Made by a program: the position numbers and the translations under genes
Origin: the human T2T-CHM13v2.0 reference genome, Homo sapiens
Length of the DNA: 64,000 bases
Assembly (NCBI RefSeq): GCF_009914755.1
Contig: NC_060930.1
Strand: one strand, 5' to 3'
Shown here: one piece after another, positions 1 through 13,900 of the stretch
Position numbering within the stretch: position 1 is the stretch's first letter
Layout of the letters: each line of letters begins with the position of its first letter
The notes under the pieces: model-generated
The model's input: only the letters and a program-made list of their open reading frames with translations
What the model was told of the DNA's origin: nothing
Databases searched by the model: none

Positions 1-1525
1 ATAAATGGAAGGATCTTGTGTTCATGACTTGAAATGATTAATATTGCAAAAATGTCCTCACTGCCCAAAGCAATGGACAGATTTAATTCAACCCCTATCA
101 AAATCCTAGTGGCATTCTTTACAGAAATAGAAAAAAAAACTACAATGTATATGGAACATAAGAGACTCCAAATAGCCAAAACAAGAATGAGAAAGAAAAA
201 TAAAGTTGGAGGCATCACACTTCCTGATTTAAAATTATATTACAAAGCTATAGTAATCAAAACAGTACAGGACTTTCATAAAAACAGTCTCATGTACCAA
301 TGAAACAGAATAGAGAGCCCAGGAATAAATCCAAACATGGATGGTCCACTAGTTTTTGACAAGAGCACCAAGAGGACTCAATGGAGAAAAGTCAGTCTCT
401 TCAACAAATGGTAATGGGAAAACTGGATTTCCATGTGAAAAAGAATGAAATTGGACCCTTATCTTACACCAAACAGAAAAATCAACTTAAAATGGATTAA
501 AGACTTTGATGTAAAACCTGAAACCATAAAAATACAAGAAAAAAACAGAAGCTAAAAGCTCTTTAACATTGGCCTTGGCAGTGATTCTTGGATGTCACAT
601 CAAAAGCTCAGGCTACAAAAGCAATAAATAAATAAATGAATAAATGGGACTACATCAAACTAAAAAGCTTCTGCAAAGCAAGGGAAATAATCAACAAAAT
701 AAAACGGCAGCCCATGGATTGGGAAACCATAGACCTGATAAAGGGCTGTATGAGTCCATTCTCGCACGGCTATAAAGAAACACCTGAGACTGGGTAATTT
801 ATAAAGAAAAGAGATTTAATTGGCTCCCAGTTCTGCAGGCTGTGCAGGAGGCATGGTGCTGGCATCTGCTCAGCTTCTGGGGAGGCCTCAGGAAATTTAC
901 AGTCATGGCAGAAAGCCAACAGGGAGCTAGCATATGGCATGGCTGGAGCAGGAGAATGCCAGCACATGGCATGGCTGGAGCAGTGCTGGCATCTGCTCAA
1001 CTTCTGGGAGGCCTCAGGAAACTTACAGTCACGGCGGAAGGCCAACAGGGAGCCAGCACGTGGCATGTCTGGAGCAGGAGAAAGAGGTGGGGGGAGGTGC
1101 CGCACACTTTTAAACAACCAGATCTCATGATAACTCACTCACTCACCATCCCCAGAACAGCACTGAGGGATGATACTACCCATTCATGAGAACTCTGCCC
1201 CCAAGATCTAATCACCTCCAATATTGGGGATTACAATTTAACATGAGATTTGGGTGGGACACAGAGCCAAACCATATCAAGGGTTAGTATCCAAAATGTA
1301 TAAAGAACTCATACAACTCAATAGTAGAAAACCCTATTAAAAAATGGGCAAATGATCTGAATCGCCATTTTCTCCCAAGAAGACATAAAAATGTCCAACA
1401 GGTATAGGAAGAGGTGTTCAACATCAGTGGCCATCAGGGAGTTGCGAATCAAAACCACTATGAGATAACACCTCACATCCCTTAGAAGGGCTGTTACCTG
1501 GAAGTCGAAAGATAGCAAATGTTGG
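1..1525 (+). mobile_element. Old LINE-1 (L1MA/L1MB-like) ORF2 3' fragment, interrupted by an MST LTR
   Basis: ORF 34-303 reads [23 protein letters not shown]...[24 protein letters not shown], typical L1 ORF2; stops/frameshifts follow; L1 resumes at 1280 (agggttagtatccaaaatg). Confidence 0.92.
747..1279 (-). mobile_element. MaLR solo LTR (MSTB/MSTA-like) nested in L1
   Basis: tgtatgagtcc...ccaaaccatatca is the reverse complement of the MST LTR; 5-bp TSD agggc (742-746)/agggt (1280-1284). Confidence 0.88.
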
Positions 1526-2715
1526 CTGAATGCTTTTCTTCTGCTATGATAAACGACAGAAGCATGCTCCTTGCTTTTCTGTTTTCGTCATTGGGTACAC
1601 AGAGAGCAAAGCGTTCTAAAGTGGGAACACACGCCTCTACTTACCACTGATAGAACTGGCATGACTGCCCGATGATCAAGCACACACACACATGAGGCTT
1701 TTTGTGTGGATTATTATGGGCAACTGTGAGGTTCCAGAAGAGGGTAATGCACTTAAAAATGGAATAGCGAGATTCACTGAATGAACAGAACAATTTTCTT
1801 GGTGGGATTTTCCAAGCGACTGGGAAGCCCCTGCTGCCACCGTGAAGTCATCTTTACTCTGGAGAGAAACCCGGAGTGCGATACAAACCCGAACCAGGCT
1901 GGGCTCCTGAGGAGTGTCCTAGTGTGTGCTGCTTTGCAAGGCGAGAGAGCTACACACCTGCACGAGAGAACTACCTCGCCTGTGGTTTTAGGTGGAACAT
2001 GAAACCCAATTTCTTAATATGCCAAAATGAATGAAGAGCAGGGGAAAAAGCCCTTTGGACACCAGAGAATGGGTGGGGCCCCTGGGAGCATCTAGTCAAG
2101 GCAGACAGAGGCAAATTATATCCACAGACTAACCACACTGGAGGAGGAATGACCCTCAAGCATTTCTCCTTTCCTTGAGGTTATCTGGCAATATGGAAAT
2201 TCATTTGTCTTTCTTATTTGCCACTTAAACCACATAAACAAAATTCCAAAATTATTTTCCTCTTTAAAATGGAAAGTGCTTCTTTTCCCAGAGAACAAGG
2301 GTGATTATAGAACAATCCAGGAAGAAACAAAAATTCACACTAATTTAAAAATCAAGAAATTACCACAGTGTGGGGTGACATAAAGTGACTTCGAGGTTGC
2401 TTCCACTAATGCAAACACATAGAGCATATCCCCAACCAGAGAAGCACGGCATTAGACTTAGTTGTTGAAGATTCTCTTGGCTTTTCCATATGGATTTTGT
2501 AAAATGCTCAAGGGAAGAAATCATGTCTCCTCTGTCTTTAGGTCCTCAGTGCTAAGCACGTTGACGGATGCTTTGCATGTTAGATGAGACCAAGACATTT
2601 TTGGTGAATGAATGAATTAATATTGTGTCACCTGGAAGAGGAAACCTGATCTGCATCTATTGTTATGGATTTTTTTGTTGTAATCATCTTTTATACAAGA
2701 GTTTTAATATGAATT

Positions 2716-3033
<318 letters not shown>

Positions 3034-3998
3034 CAATATGAATTATTTCATTTGAATCTTTGCAAAAAGCTTGCAAGGTGTGGCATATTTTCACACCCCT
3101 TTTACAGGCGGATAAACTGATGCAGAGCAGAGGGAAGTAGCTTGCCCAGGAGTCCTCTGCTCGCTGCCGACCCTGATGCAGCCTCCCTCCCCTGGGCTGC
3201 GGAGCGGGACCACAGGCTCTCCCCAGCCTTGGCTGCCATTATTTTCCTGCCAAGCCTGCACGTCGTCACTCTGGGGAGCACTCTGGCTAATGCACTCTTG
3301 GAGGTGTAGACTTAGTCACGGTAGATCTTGGCTTTCTATTGAGCAACAGTCAGTATTCTCATAATAATACAATTTAAAATCTATTTTAAAAAAGAAATAC
3401 GTTTTATTTATTTTCCAATTGTTAATTAAAATAAATCCATATCACATACAATTTCGAAAGCCCAGAAAAGAAGAGCTAGAATCTCATTATTGGAACACAA
3501 ATGCACTAATATTTTGGCTTAGTTTCTTCTAGCTTTGTTTTCCTGTGCCTGTCTTTTACATAGTCACAAATGCGGTAAAGGGCATTTTCTATGTTGTGTA
3601 CAATGATGACCCCAGATCTTAAGGCCTGGACCATATTCTACCGAGTGGAGGTACTCAGCAGAGTTACATTACCCCTACTTTAAGGCTTTCAAATAATTTT
3701 TGAACAATTTTTATTAGAAATGGGATTTTGATGAACATATTTTATATGTAATGACGTTCCATACTTAGGATTTTTTCTTAGCTGAGATTCCTCTGTGTGG
3801 ATTTAACAGGTAAAGGACATAGTATTTCTGTAGCTTTTGCCATCTGTCGTTGGGTACTTTTCCTAGAGCAATTGTTACACCACTGTAATTACAACCGGCG
3901 CAGATTAAGAATACAGTTTCCCTGTACCCTTGCCTAGAGAACAGCCTGCGATGTCTTAAAAAGTGTTCCAACCCAGTTCACTGAAAATTGATGTCATT

Positions 3999-4325
<327 letters not shown>

Positions 4326-5264
4326 TTATTGCTTGATTAGGGATGTTGTGTTTTAATAAAAAGCCCAGGTGTCTGCAAAGAGACAAAAACAGGGACTTTT
4401 GTCTTAGGGGTGGCAGTGGGGCCCGGTGGGCAGTGCTGCCTGCATCTCTCTGGAGCTGACCTGGCCTCGTGCCACCCTGCACTGGACCCCAGGGGCACCC
4501 CCAGAGCCACCGTGCTCTGCAGACTGCAGCAGCTTCTAGAAGGAGCCTCCTGCCCTGCGTGTTGGACAGACAGCAGGGTCACTGTCAGCCCGGTCACAGC
4601 TGAACTCTGCACTTAAGGACTCGGTCCCCGCACAGCCTGGCTCCCCAAAGTCAGAGCACACGGAAACTCCAAATGCTTTGCTTCAGGTCGACACTGAGTG
4701 TGAGCCGCCTGTCTGCGTGGGTGGGTTGGACTCTTCCTCCCTGTTATGGCTGTGGGAGTCTGCACCTCCTTGGTGCGGGTGGGGTGCCCCCTGGTGTCCA
4801 CGCAGGGGGGACGCGGGGATCTTCAGCCTGACCCAGGGCTCCAGAAAGAGGCAGCTGCAGAGAATCCTCCCAAAAACGCAGCAAAAGGCATCCCCTTTCC
4901 TTATGAGAATTACAGAGAAATCTCCCAGCACTTACAGCAAATGACAAACGACGCGAGGTCTCCACATCTCACATCCAGCGGCCCCGGCCACCAGGCGGTG
5001 ACACGCTGTCTGCAGAAACAACCCGGGGCCACACCTAGCCCCTTCCCTTTGCTTCCGTGCCTCCCTTGGCACCTTCTTTCTGCTTCTTTTTAAATTGCTC
5101 CCTTCTTTCCTGCAGGTCTGGACTCAGGGAGACCAGGGTTCAAATTCGGGCTCCAACGGTAACATATTTTTCCCTGAGTTTGGAAACGCCCCAGGCTGCA
5201 CTTTCCTCACCTGTGAGATGAATGTGCAAAAGCATCCACTTCTAGAAACGCCGAGAAGATCAAG

Positions 5265-7680
5265 CGTGTGAGCACCGCAGCGGACCCAGGACGGTACCTG
5301 GCAGGGGCGGCCCCAGGCAGGTGTGAGAACCTCAGCGGGCCCAGGACGGTGCCCAGCAGGGGCAGCCCCAGGCAGGTGTGAGAACCTCAGCGGGCCCAGG
5401 ACGGTGCTCAGCAGGGGTGGCCCCAGGCAGGTGTGAGAACCTCAGCGGGCCCAGGACCGTGCTCAGCAGGGGTGGCCCCAGGCAGGTGTGAGAACCTCAG
5501 CGGGTGCAGGATGGTGCCTGGCAGGGGCGGCCCCAGGCAGGAGTGAGAACCTCAGCGGGCCCAGGAAGGTGCTCAGCAGGGGCGACCCCAGGCAGGAGTG
5601 AGAACCTCAGCGGGCCCAGGACGGTGCCTGGCAGGGGCGGCCCCAGGCAGGAGTGAGAACCTCAGCGGGCCCAGGACGGTGCTCAGCAGGGGCGGCCCCA
5701 GGCAGGTGTGAGAACCTCAGCGGGCCCAGGACGGTGCTCAGCAGGGGCGGCCCCAGGCAGGTGTGAGAACCTCAGCGGGCCCAGGATGGTGCTCAGCAGG
5801 GGCGGCCCCAGGCAGGTGTGGGAACCTCAGCGGGCCCAGGACGGTGCTCAGCAGGGGCGGCCCCAGGCAGGTGTGAGAACGTCAGCGGGCCCAGGACGGT
5901 GCCCAGCAGGGGCGGCCCCAGGCAGGTGTGAGAACCTCAGCGGGTGCAGGATGGTGCCTGGCAGGGGCGGCCCCAGGCAGGAGTGAGAACCTCAGTGGGC
6001 CCAGGAAGGTGCTCAGCAGGGGCGACCCCAGGCAGGAGTGAGAACCTCAGCGGGCCCAGGACGGTGCCTGGCAGGGGCGGCCCCAGGCAGGAGTGAGAAC
6101 CTCAACGGGCCCAGGACGGTGCTCAGCAGGGGCGGCCCCAGGCAGGTGTGAGAACGTCAGCGGGCCCAGGACGGTGCCCGGCAGGGGTGGCCCCAGGCAG
6201 GTGTGAGAACCTCAGCTGGCCCAGGACCGTGCTCAGCAGGGGTGGCCCCAGGCAGGTGTGAGAACCTCAGCGGGCGCAGGACGGTGCCCGGCAGGGGCGG
6301 CCCCAGGCAGGAGTGAGAACCTCAGCGGCCCAGGACGGTGCCCGGCAGGGGCGGCCCCAGGCAGGTGTGAGAACCTCAGCGGGTGCAGGATGGTGCCTGG
6401 CAGGGGCGGCCCCAGGCAGGAGTGAAAACCTCAGTGGGCCCAGGAAGGTGCTCAGCAGGGGCGACCCCAGGCAGGAGTGAGAACCTCAGCAGGCCCAGGA
6501 CGGTGCCTGGCAGGGGCGGCCCCAGGCAGGAGTGAGAACCTCAACGGGCCCAGGACGGTGCTCAGCAGGGGCGGCCCCAGGCAGGTGTGAGAACGTCAGC
6601 GGGCCCAGGACGGTGCCCAGCAGGGGCGGCCCCAGGCAGGTGTGGGAACCTCAGCGGGCCCAGGACGGTGCCCAGCAGGGGCGGCCCCAGGCAGGTGTGA
6701 GAACCTCAGCGGGCCCAGGACGGTGCCCAGCAGGGGCGGCCCCAGGCAGGTGTGGGAACCTCAGCGGGCCCAGGACGGTGCCCAGCAGGGGCGGCCCCAG
6801 GCAGGTGTGAGAACCTCAGCGGGCCCAGGACCGTGCTCAGCAGGGGTGGCCCCAGGCAGGTGTGAGAACCTCAGCGGGCGCAGGACGGTGCCCGGCAGGG
6901 GCGGCCCCAGGCAGGAGTGAGAACCTCAGCGGCCCAGGACGGTGCCCGGCAGGGGCGGCCCCAGGCAGGTGTGAGAACCTCAGCGGGTGCAGGATGGTGC
7001 CTGGCAGGGGCGGCCCCAGGCAGGAGTGAGAACCTCAGTGGGCCCAGGAAGGTGCTCAGCAGGGGCGACCCCAGGCAGGAGTGAGAACCTCAGCGGGCCC
7101 AGGACGGTGCCTGGCAGGGGCGGCCCCAGGCAGGAGTGAGAACCTCAACGGGCCCAGGACGGTGCTCAGCAGGGGCGGCCCCAGGCAGGTGTGAGAACGT
7201 CAGCGGGCCCAGGACGGTGCTCAGCAGGGGCGGCCCCAGGCAGGTGTGGGAACCTCAGCGGGCCCAGGACGGTGCCCAGCAGGGGCGGCCCCAGGCAGGT
7301 GTGAGAACCTCAGCGGGCCCAGGACGGTGCCCAGCAGGGGCGGCCCCAGGCAGGTGTGGGAACCTCAGCGGGCCCAGGACGGTGCCCAGCAGGGGCGGCC
7401 CCAGGCAGGTGTGAGAACCTCAGCGGGCCCAGGACGGTGCTCAGCAGGGGTGGCCCCAGGCAGGTGTGAGAACCTCAGCGGGCCCAGGACCGTGCTCAGC
7501 AGGGGTGGCCCCAGGCAGGTGTGAGAACCTCAGCGGGCGCAGGACGGTGCCCGGCAGGGGCGGCCCCAGGCAGGAGTGAGAACCTCAGCGGCCCAGGACG
7601 GTGCCCGGCAGGGGCGGCCCCAGGCAGGTGTGAGAACCTCAGCGGGCCCAGGACGGTGCTCAGCAGGGGCAGCCCTCAGT
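5265..7680. repeat. GC-rich 55-bp minisatellite (VNTR), ~44 units
   Basis: Unit GAGAACCTCAGCGGGCCCAGGACGGTGCTCAGCAGGGGCGGCCCCAGGCAGGTGT repeated head to tail with recurring variants. Confidence 0.98.
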
Positions 7681-7990
7681 GGATGTGAGCACCCCATGCT
7701 CCGGTGCTTCCTCCTGCCAGTCCTCTTGCTCCTTGTCTCAGCTGCGTCTGTCCTCCCGCAGGACGCTCCTGTCAGACACCAATCTGAATGTTTAATTATC
7801 ATCATTACTATTAAATGGTTTTGTTCTCCTAGCTAACAAATACCACTTTACTGGTGCAGCAGGGTTCTTGCTTGCACTATTGATTATCTAACACACAGAA
7901 TCATTTGCATGCAGAGGTGGAAGAGACATCTTTGAGCAGCTGGCGGAACCGGCACGTTTGAGAGCTGAGCATTTGGGAAGCTTTTGCGAT

Positions 7991-8369
7991 CTCTTAAATC
8001 AAGTGTAGCCTAAAGCTACACTGTCTGCATATTTTAAATTCAACCTACAGGTTCTCTGTAGAGGTGTAAACGGACCATAGCCTACTCTTGCACCAATCAC
8101 CGAGTTTTGGCCAGTCAAAGGTGGCCAACTGTTCAAACCATGCTCAAACACCACAAGTGCCGAGATGTAACCAATTGGCTGTTTCTGCACCTCACTTCCG
8201 TCTTCTGTGCGTCTCTTTCCTTTTTCTGTCCTAAATATTCTTCCACCACGTGGCTGTGCTGGAGTCTCTCTGAACCTGTTCTGGCTCGGGAGGCTGCCTG
8301 ATTCATGAACCCTTCGTTGCTCAATTAAACTCTGTTAAACTTAATTCTGCTAGAATTTTTCTTTCAACA
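7991..8369 (+). mobile_element. ERV1 solo LTR, MER57-like
   Basis: Matches recalled MER57 consensus (tagcctaaagct...ccaatcaccgagttt...cctcacttccg...ctcaattaaactctgttaaa...ttcaaca). Confidence 0.8.
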
Positions 8370-9096
8370 GGGGCATTGATGAGCAGTTCGCATCAGGGAT
8401 GTGTTTGGCTCACACTGGCTGGTAACGAGGACCCTTTCCCCTTCACGTGTGGGTGGGAGGAAACCGCAGGTCTTCGTACGCTGCTCATTGTAAGGGCCTG
8501 GAATTTCAGGGATGACGATACCACCTATTATGTGGATGGCGTTATTTTTTTGTTCACAAGGAGAATCTTCAACTAATTGTGTGTAATTTCACAGCTACGC
8601 TGACGAAGCACGTCAGCACAAGCAAACACAGTCACTGCTGTCCTCCCAGGGTCCCGTAATTACTTTAATATGTGTGCACAATCGCAGCCTGAGAGGACTG
8701 TGGGAGGTGCGATCCCATATTTAGAAATGGGGAATCACTAACAACTGTGGGAAACTCTCGAGGACGTCAGAATTTTGGAGAGAGAGGTAAGAAAACAAAA
8801 TGATGTTTTAATCCTGTTTAAAATCAGTATGCACGTCACAGCTGAACACAGAAAAGGTGATAACATGAAGACTGAAGGGACCCACGATGAGGATACATGA
8901 GGAATGAAGTTCGTTTTTCTATTTCTGAACAAGAAAGTTGAAGGGCTATTTTCTAGAACGAAAGAGAGCTGAACGCAGGGATTTCAACTTTTTGGGAAAT
9001 ATAATTGATTAATTTTTTAAAAACTACACTTATTTTTCAAATAATCACAAACCTACAGAAGAGGTGGTAGCACAGTGTGAAGAACTAGATGATGTT

Positions 9097-10760
9097 CTGC
9101 TGTTCAAGAGCCTTTTCATTTCCAGATACATTTCAGGATCAGCTTGTCGATTGCTACCAAAAAAAAAAAAAATACCGTAAGCGATTTTGATTGAAATTGC
9201 CTTTTGAAAAATAATTACAAAATTGTAAGACCGATACTACCTAATTTCAAGATGTATTGTAAATGCATGATAATATTTAGATTACCATAATAAATAAGAT
9301 TTATTGTAAACCTGTGGTATACAACATATTATATACAACAGTGTATCACTGGCATAAAGGTAGACAAATCAACAAGACAGATTAGAGAGTCTGGAAATGG
9401 ATCCACACATATGTGGACATTTGACTTTCAGAAAGTGTTTAGAGACAATTCAGTGGAAAAAGGATAATCTTTTCAACCAATGGTGCTGAAACTGTTGTAT
9501 ACCTATGTGTTCCAAACGAACAAGCAAACAAAACTTCTGTCCATACCATGCACTATATTTTAAAAAAACTTTAAATGTGTCATAAAACTAAATGTAAAAC
9601 TTAAAACTATGAAAACTCCTAGAGAAAAGCATAGGCAAAATCATTATAGCATTGGATTAAGAAAAGGCTTCCTAAATATGACACCAAAAGCATGATCTCA
9701 AACAAAACCCAACACACATACAAAACCCATATTGTAAACATAAATTACGTAAATTAAAAACTTCTGCTCTTTAAAAGATGCTGTGAGGAGAATGAAAAGG
9801 TAAGCCACAAACTGAGAGAAACTAATTGCAAATTACATATTTGATAATGATGGATTTACATCCAGAGAACATAAGGAACTCTAAAAACTCAGTAAGAGAA
9901 CAGACAACTTGATTAAAAAATGGGCAAAACATTTGAACAGACATTTCCCTATAGAAGATAGGTAGATGGCAGATAAGGACCTGAAAAGATGTTCAACATT
10001 ACTAGAGATTGAAAAAATGCAAATTTAAACCCCAATGAGGCCTCCATCTATACTTTAACATGGGTAAATGATAAAGAATGACCATGCCAGGTGTTGGCAA
10101 GGATGTGGAAAAACTGCAGTTCTCGTGCACTGCAGGTGAGAAAGCAAAATGACGCAGCTATGGAAAATGGTATGGGGGGTTTTTGAAAGATAAACACACC
10201 CACCATGTGATTTAGCTGTCCCACCCCTGGGTGTGTACCCAAGAGAAAATAAAGCGTCTACAACATCTGCACACAGATATTCACAGTAGGTTTATTTGTA
10301 ATAGCTAAAAACTAGAAACAACTCACATTGCCAGCAGTAAGGTCATAGGTAGTAAGCAAATTGTGGTATATTGACAAAATGGAATACTACTCAGCAATGA
10401 AAAGGAAGGCACTATTGATCCATAAAGCAGCACAGGCAGGTCCAGAATCGTGACAGAGCAAAAGGAGCTGGACCTCTCTAGGCAATTTGCTGTGTGATTT
10501 CATGAGCATACAACTCTGGAAAATGCAGAGTCATCTGTTGTGGCAGGAGGCAGAGCAGCAGCAGTCCTGCATTGAGGGGCCCAGGGAGGATGGGGCAGCT
10601 GGGAGAGACACCATGGCCATGGAGAGGGCAACGCTGCCCGTCCTAACCGATGGGCTCATGGGTGTCCAAACGCCAGAGGGCATCAAGCTGCACTGTGGAT
10701 ATGCGGTAAATTGTATGCCTATGACGCCTCCTCAGTAAAGTTGTTAAGAAGTTAAAAAAC
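9097..10760 (+). mobile_element. Old LINE-1 (L1MC/MD/ME-like) 3' part with an inverted 5' segment (9097-9200)
   Basis: L1 ORF2/3'UTR motifs (caatggtgctg, aaatgggcaaaacatttgaacagacatttc, atggaatactactcagcaatgaaaagg); 9097-9200 is the adjacent upstream L1 sequence in reverse. Confidence 0.85.
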
Positions 10761-11030
10761 AAACGAAAGTTACCAGCAGTAAAGGTTTCCCATGTTATGA
10801 CACTAACGAAAGATAATCAATTTTATTTGTTTTCCATTTTGGTGCCTATTTTCTTTTTCATTTCATTTTGTATTTAAATACATATGTTTCCCAAATCAAA
10901 ACCATGAAACAGGGAACACTGAGAGAAGTGTCACTTCTGTCCTTATCACCTGCACCCACTTCCTTCCCTCTGCCGAAATAAAAATTGTCTTGGTTTATTT
11001 TTCCATTCTTTTTCAAAATAGGAGTGAATG

Positions 11031-11032
<2 letters not shown>

Positions 11033-11070
<38 letters not shown>

Positions 11071-11079
11071 ACACACACA
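11033..11079. repeat. (CA)n microsatellite
   Basis: Near-perfect CA run with one TA interruption. Confidence 0.97.
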
Positions 11080-11892
11080 TCCCCTTCTCTCTTTTCCAAT
11101 CAAGGCTGTGGCCTGGTAGGACCATCGCACCCCACTGCTTGGACACACTGATCTGCTGTCCAGGTGATGGCTGAGAGGAGCCCCTGGTGATCTGGAAGGC
11201 ATGCCGAAATCTGGAGCTGCCTGGGGTCACCAGGCCCAGCTAGTCCCCATTGTTTAGGAACAGAAATGGATGCTTCCTGCCTAGTTTCACTGCTTCACAG
11301 CCTAGCTTGGCTTCAGACCCATAGGTTATAAAGACCTCACTAGGAACTTCTGCTTGGATTCCTCCAAAACCAGGATCTCTGCCCAGATCTAGGTGGTTCC
11401 TGGTCAGTGCAGGTGCATCCGTGTGGCAGAGCATGGCTGGAGCGCTGCCCTGCAGGTGGGCTGTGCCGCACCTTCACTGGAACCAGAGTCCGGGCTTGCC
11501 CCCTACCCCCAAAGCTTATAGCAAATGCACGGATCATGCCACTCTTGTTCACGGCTCTGCCTTGAGACCTAAGGGATTTTCTAAGAGGCTTCGGGAGCCT
11601 CATTTCTACTCCTAAGAAGCCAGAATGATGTGAAGTGTGGAAAACCAACTCCATTTCTAAAAGGAAACACATTTACCACATTAGTATCTAACTGTGGGTG
11701 ACTGGCACTGGTACATTTCTACCTAGTAGCTTACAGGAAATGCATGTCCACCCCCATGATAGCACCTGTGTTCCCAGAATCATTCAAGAAAATGTTATAC
11801 ATTTCCAATGAGAAAGCAAGTCTGCCATTTTAGAACTTTTAGCATTATATTCCTCCCATAAAAATGGCTGAAGCAGAGGAAGTTCAGATGAT

Positions 11893-12655
11893 TATCTATC
11901 TATCTATCTATGTCATCTATCAATAGATATGCAATGAGTAAGACAGAGGCAGAGAGAGAGACGGAGATGGAGAGAGAGAGAGAGGGAGATGGAGAGAGAG
12001 AGGAAGATGGAGGGGGAGGGGGGAGATGGAAGGGGAGGGGGAGATGGAGGGGAGATGGAGGGGGAGGGGGAGAGGGAGAGGGAGGGGGAGAGGGAGGGGG
12101 AGAGGAAGGGGGAGGGGGAGAGGGAGGGGAGACGGAGGGGGAGGAAGAGAGGGAGGGGGAGAGGGAGAGGGAAGGGGAGAGGGAAGGGGAGAGGGAGAGG
12201 GAGGGGAGAGGGAGAGGGAGGGGAGATGGGGGGGAGATGGACGGGGAGGGGAAGAGGGAGATGGAGGTGGAGAGGGGGATGGAGGGGGAGGGGGGATGGA
12301 GGGGGAGGGGAGGTGGAGGGGGAGGGGGAGATGGAGGGGGAGGGGAGATTGAGATGGAGAGAGGGAGGGAGATGGAAGGGGAGGGGGAGATGGAGGGGGT
12401 GAGGGAGATGGAGGGGGTGAGGGAGATGGAGGGGTTTGAGGAAGATGGATGGGGAGAGGGAGAGGGAGGGAGAGAGGGAGATGGGGAGGGGGAGGGGGAG
12501 ATGGATGGGGAGGGGGAGGGGGAGATGGATGGGGAGAGGGAGATGGAGGGGGAGAGGGAGATTGAGAGGGAGAGGGAGATGCAGGGCGAGAGGGAGATGG
12601 AGGGGGAAGGGGAGATTGAGATGGAGAGAGGGAGGGAGATGAGAGGGAGAGAGCA
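11893..12655. repeat. Short (TATC)n followed by a ~720-bp polypurine (GGGAGA/GGAGAT-type) tract
   Basis: 11940-12655 is almost entirely G/A on the + strand with many G3-G6 runs. Confidence 0.95.
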
Positions 12656-13489
12656 TGAGCGATTCTCAAGTGGGCGCCTCACATACTTTCAAAAATGCTT
12701 TATTGCTTATGATGTGCTATTTAAAGTGTGTTTCTAAATGTGCCTATTATTAAAAGACATTCTTTGAGAACCATCAAGAACCACCCCCCTTTCCCAGGAT
12801 GAAAAACATCAATAAAGCTTTTCTTCCTTTGAAAAGTTGGTGGCTGTGATTGGAGCTAGTGCTGGAGATGAAGCCAGGTGTGGGTGATGACAGAGCAGTG
12901 TTTCTGGAACTCGTTATTTATATAATAAAAGTATTTTTGTTTGTCTAACGTAATCTTGGCATGTGAAATTGATCTTTGTTTAACGTATTAGGTGGTGTTG
13001 AAAACTAACCTGGCTTCTACTGAGACACACTGGTCATGCAGCCTGGAAGGGAAGCTGCCCTTTGCCCTTTGCCCCTCACCCCTCACCCCTTACTGGGCAT
13101 CTGTGGCTCTGGAATAGAGCCTGTCCTGGGACCCCACAGAGCTGATGGGCGAGACGTGGTCTCCACGGCAGCAAAGGGAGGCAAAGGGGAGAGAGGAGTT
13201 CCCCAGCCCTTTCTGTGTCTGCTTAGTTCACATGCAAAAGAAAACATCTTGAGGCAGGAGCGGAGGTAAAACAGCGCCACACAACACACACAACAGGGGG
13301 CATTTGCAGCTTGTTAATGCTGATTTAACAGCAATTAGAATGGCATAGATATCTTCCGGGAGGGGGCCATCAAGGCGTTAATTAGAAAAAAATTGAGAGT
13401 AAAGAAATACAGGGAGAAAACAAGACATTCTTTAAGAAGCTGTCAACCTGGGCAAGGACGGCCCAGTGGTGGCCCCAGAAGGGGCTTAG

Positions 13490-13900
13490 AAAGATGGCCC
13501 TGAAAGGTGGCCCTGGGAGGTGATTCTTGGGGGTAGCCCTGGGAGGTGATTCTGGGAGGTGATTGTGGGGGGTGATTCTAGGGGGTGGCCCTGGGAGGTG
13601 ACTCTGGGAGGTGATTCTGGGAAGTGATTCTGGGGGGTGATTCTGAGGGGTGATTCTGGGAGGTGATTCTTGGAGGTGACTCTGGGAGGTGATTCTGGGA
13701 GGTGACTCTGGGAGGTGACTCTGGGAGGTGATTCTGGGAGGTGACTCGGGGAGGTGATTCTGGGAGATGATTCCGAGCAGTGATTCTGGGAGGTGATTCT
13801 GGGGGGGTGGCCCTGAAAAGTGTCCCTGGGGGATGATCCCGATGTGGCCCTGGGTGTTGGCCCTGTGGGGTGATCCTGGTAGGTGGCCTAGGAAGGTGGC
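13490..13900. repeat. 13-bp minisatellite GGGAGGTGA(T/C)TCT, degenerate at the edges
   Basis: Directly visible tandem units, clearest at 13540-13810. Confidence 0.92.

Noticed and set aside
34-303. L1 ORF2 fragment and Alu-derived ORFs as coding genes
   Set aside because: Decayed retrotransposon sequence.
5265-7680. CRISPR-like array or repeated 92-aa genes
   Set aside because: Head-to-tail repeats without unique spacers, no cas genes, primate context.
11900-12737. Pro/Ser- and Glu/Gly-rich ORFs of 247-275 aa
   Set aside because: Translation of a polypurine low-complexity tract, open in all frames.
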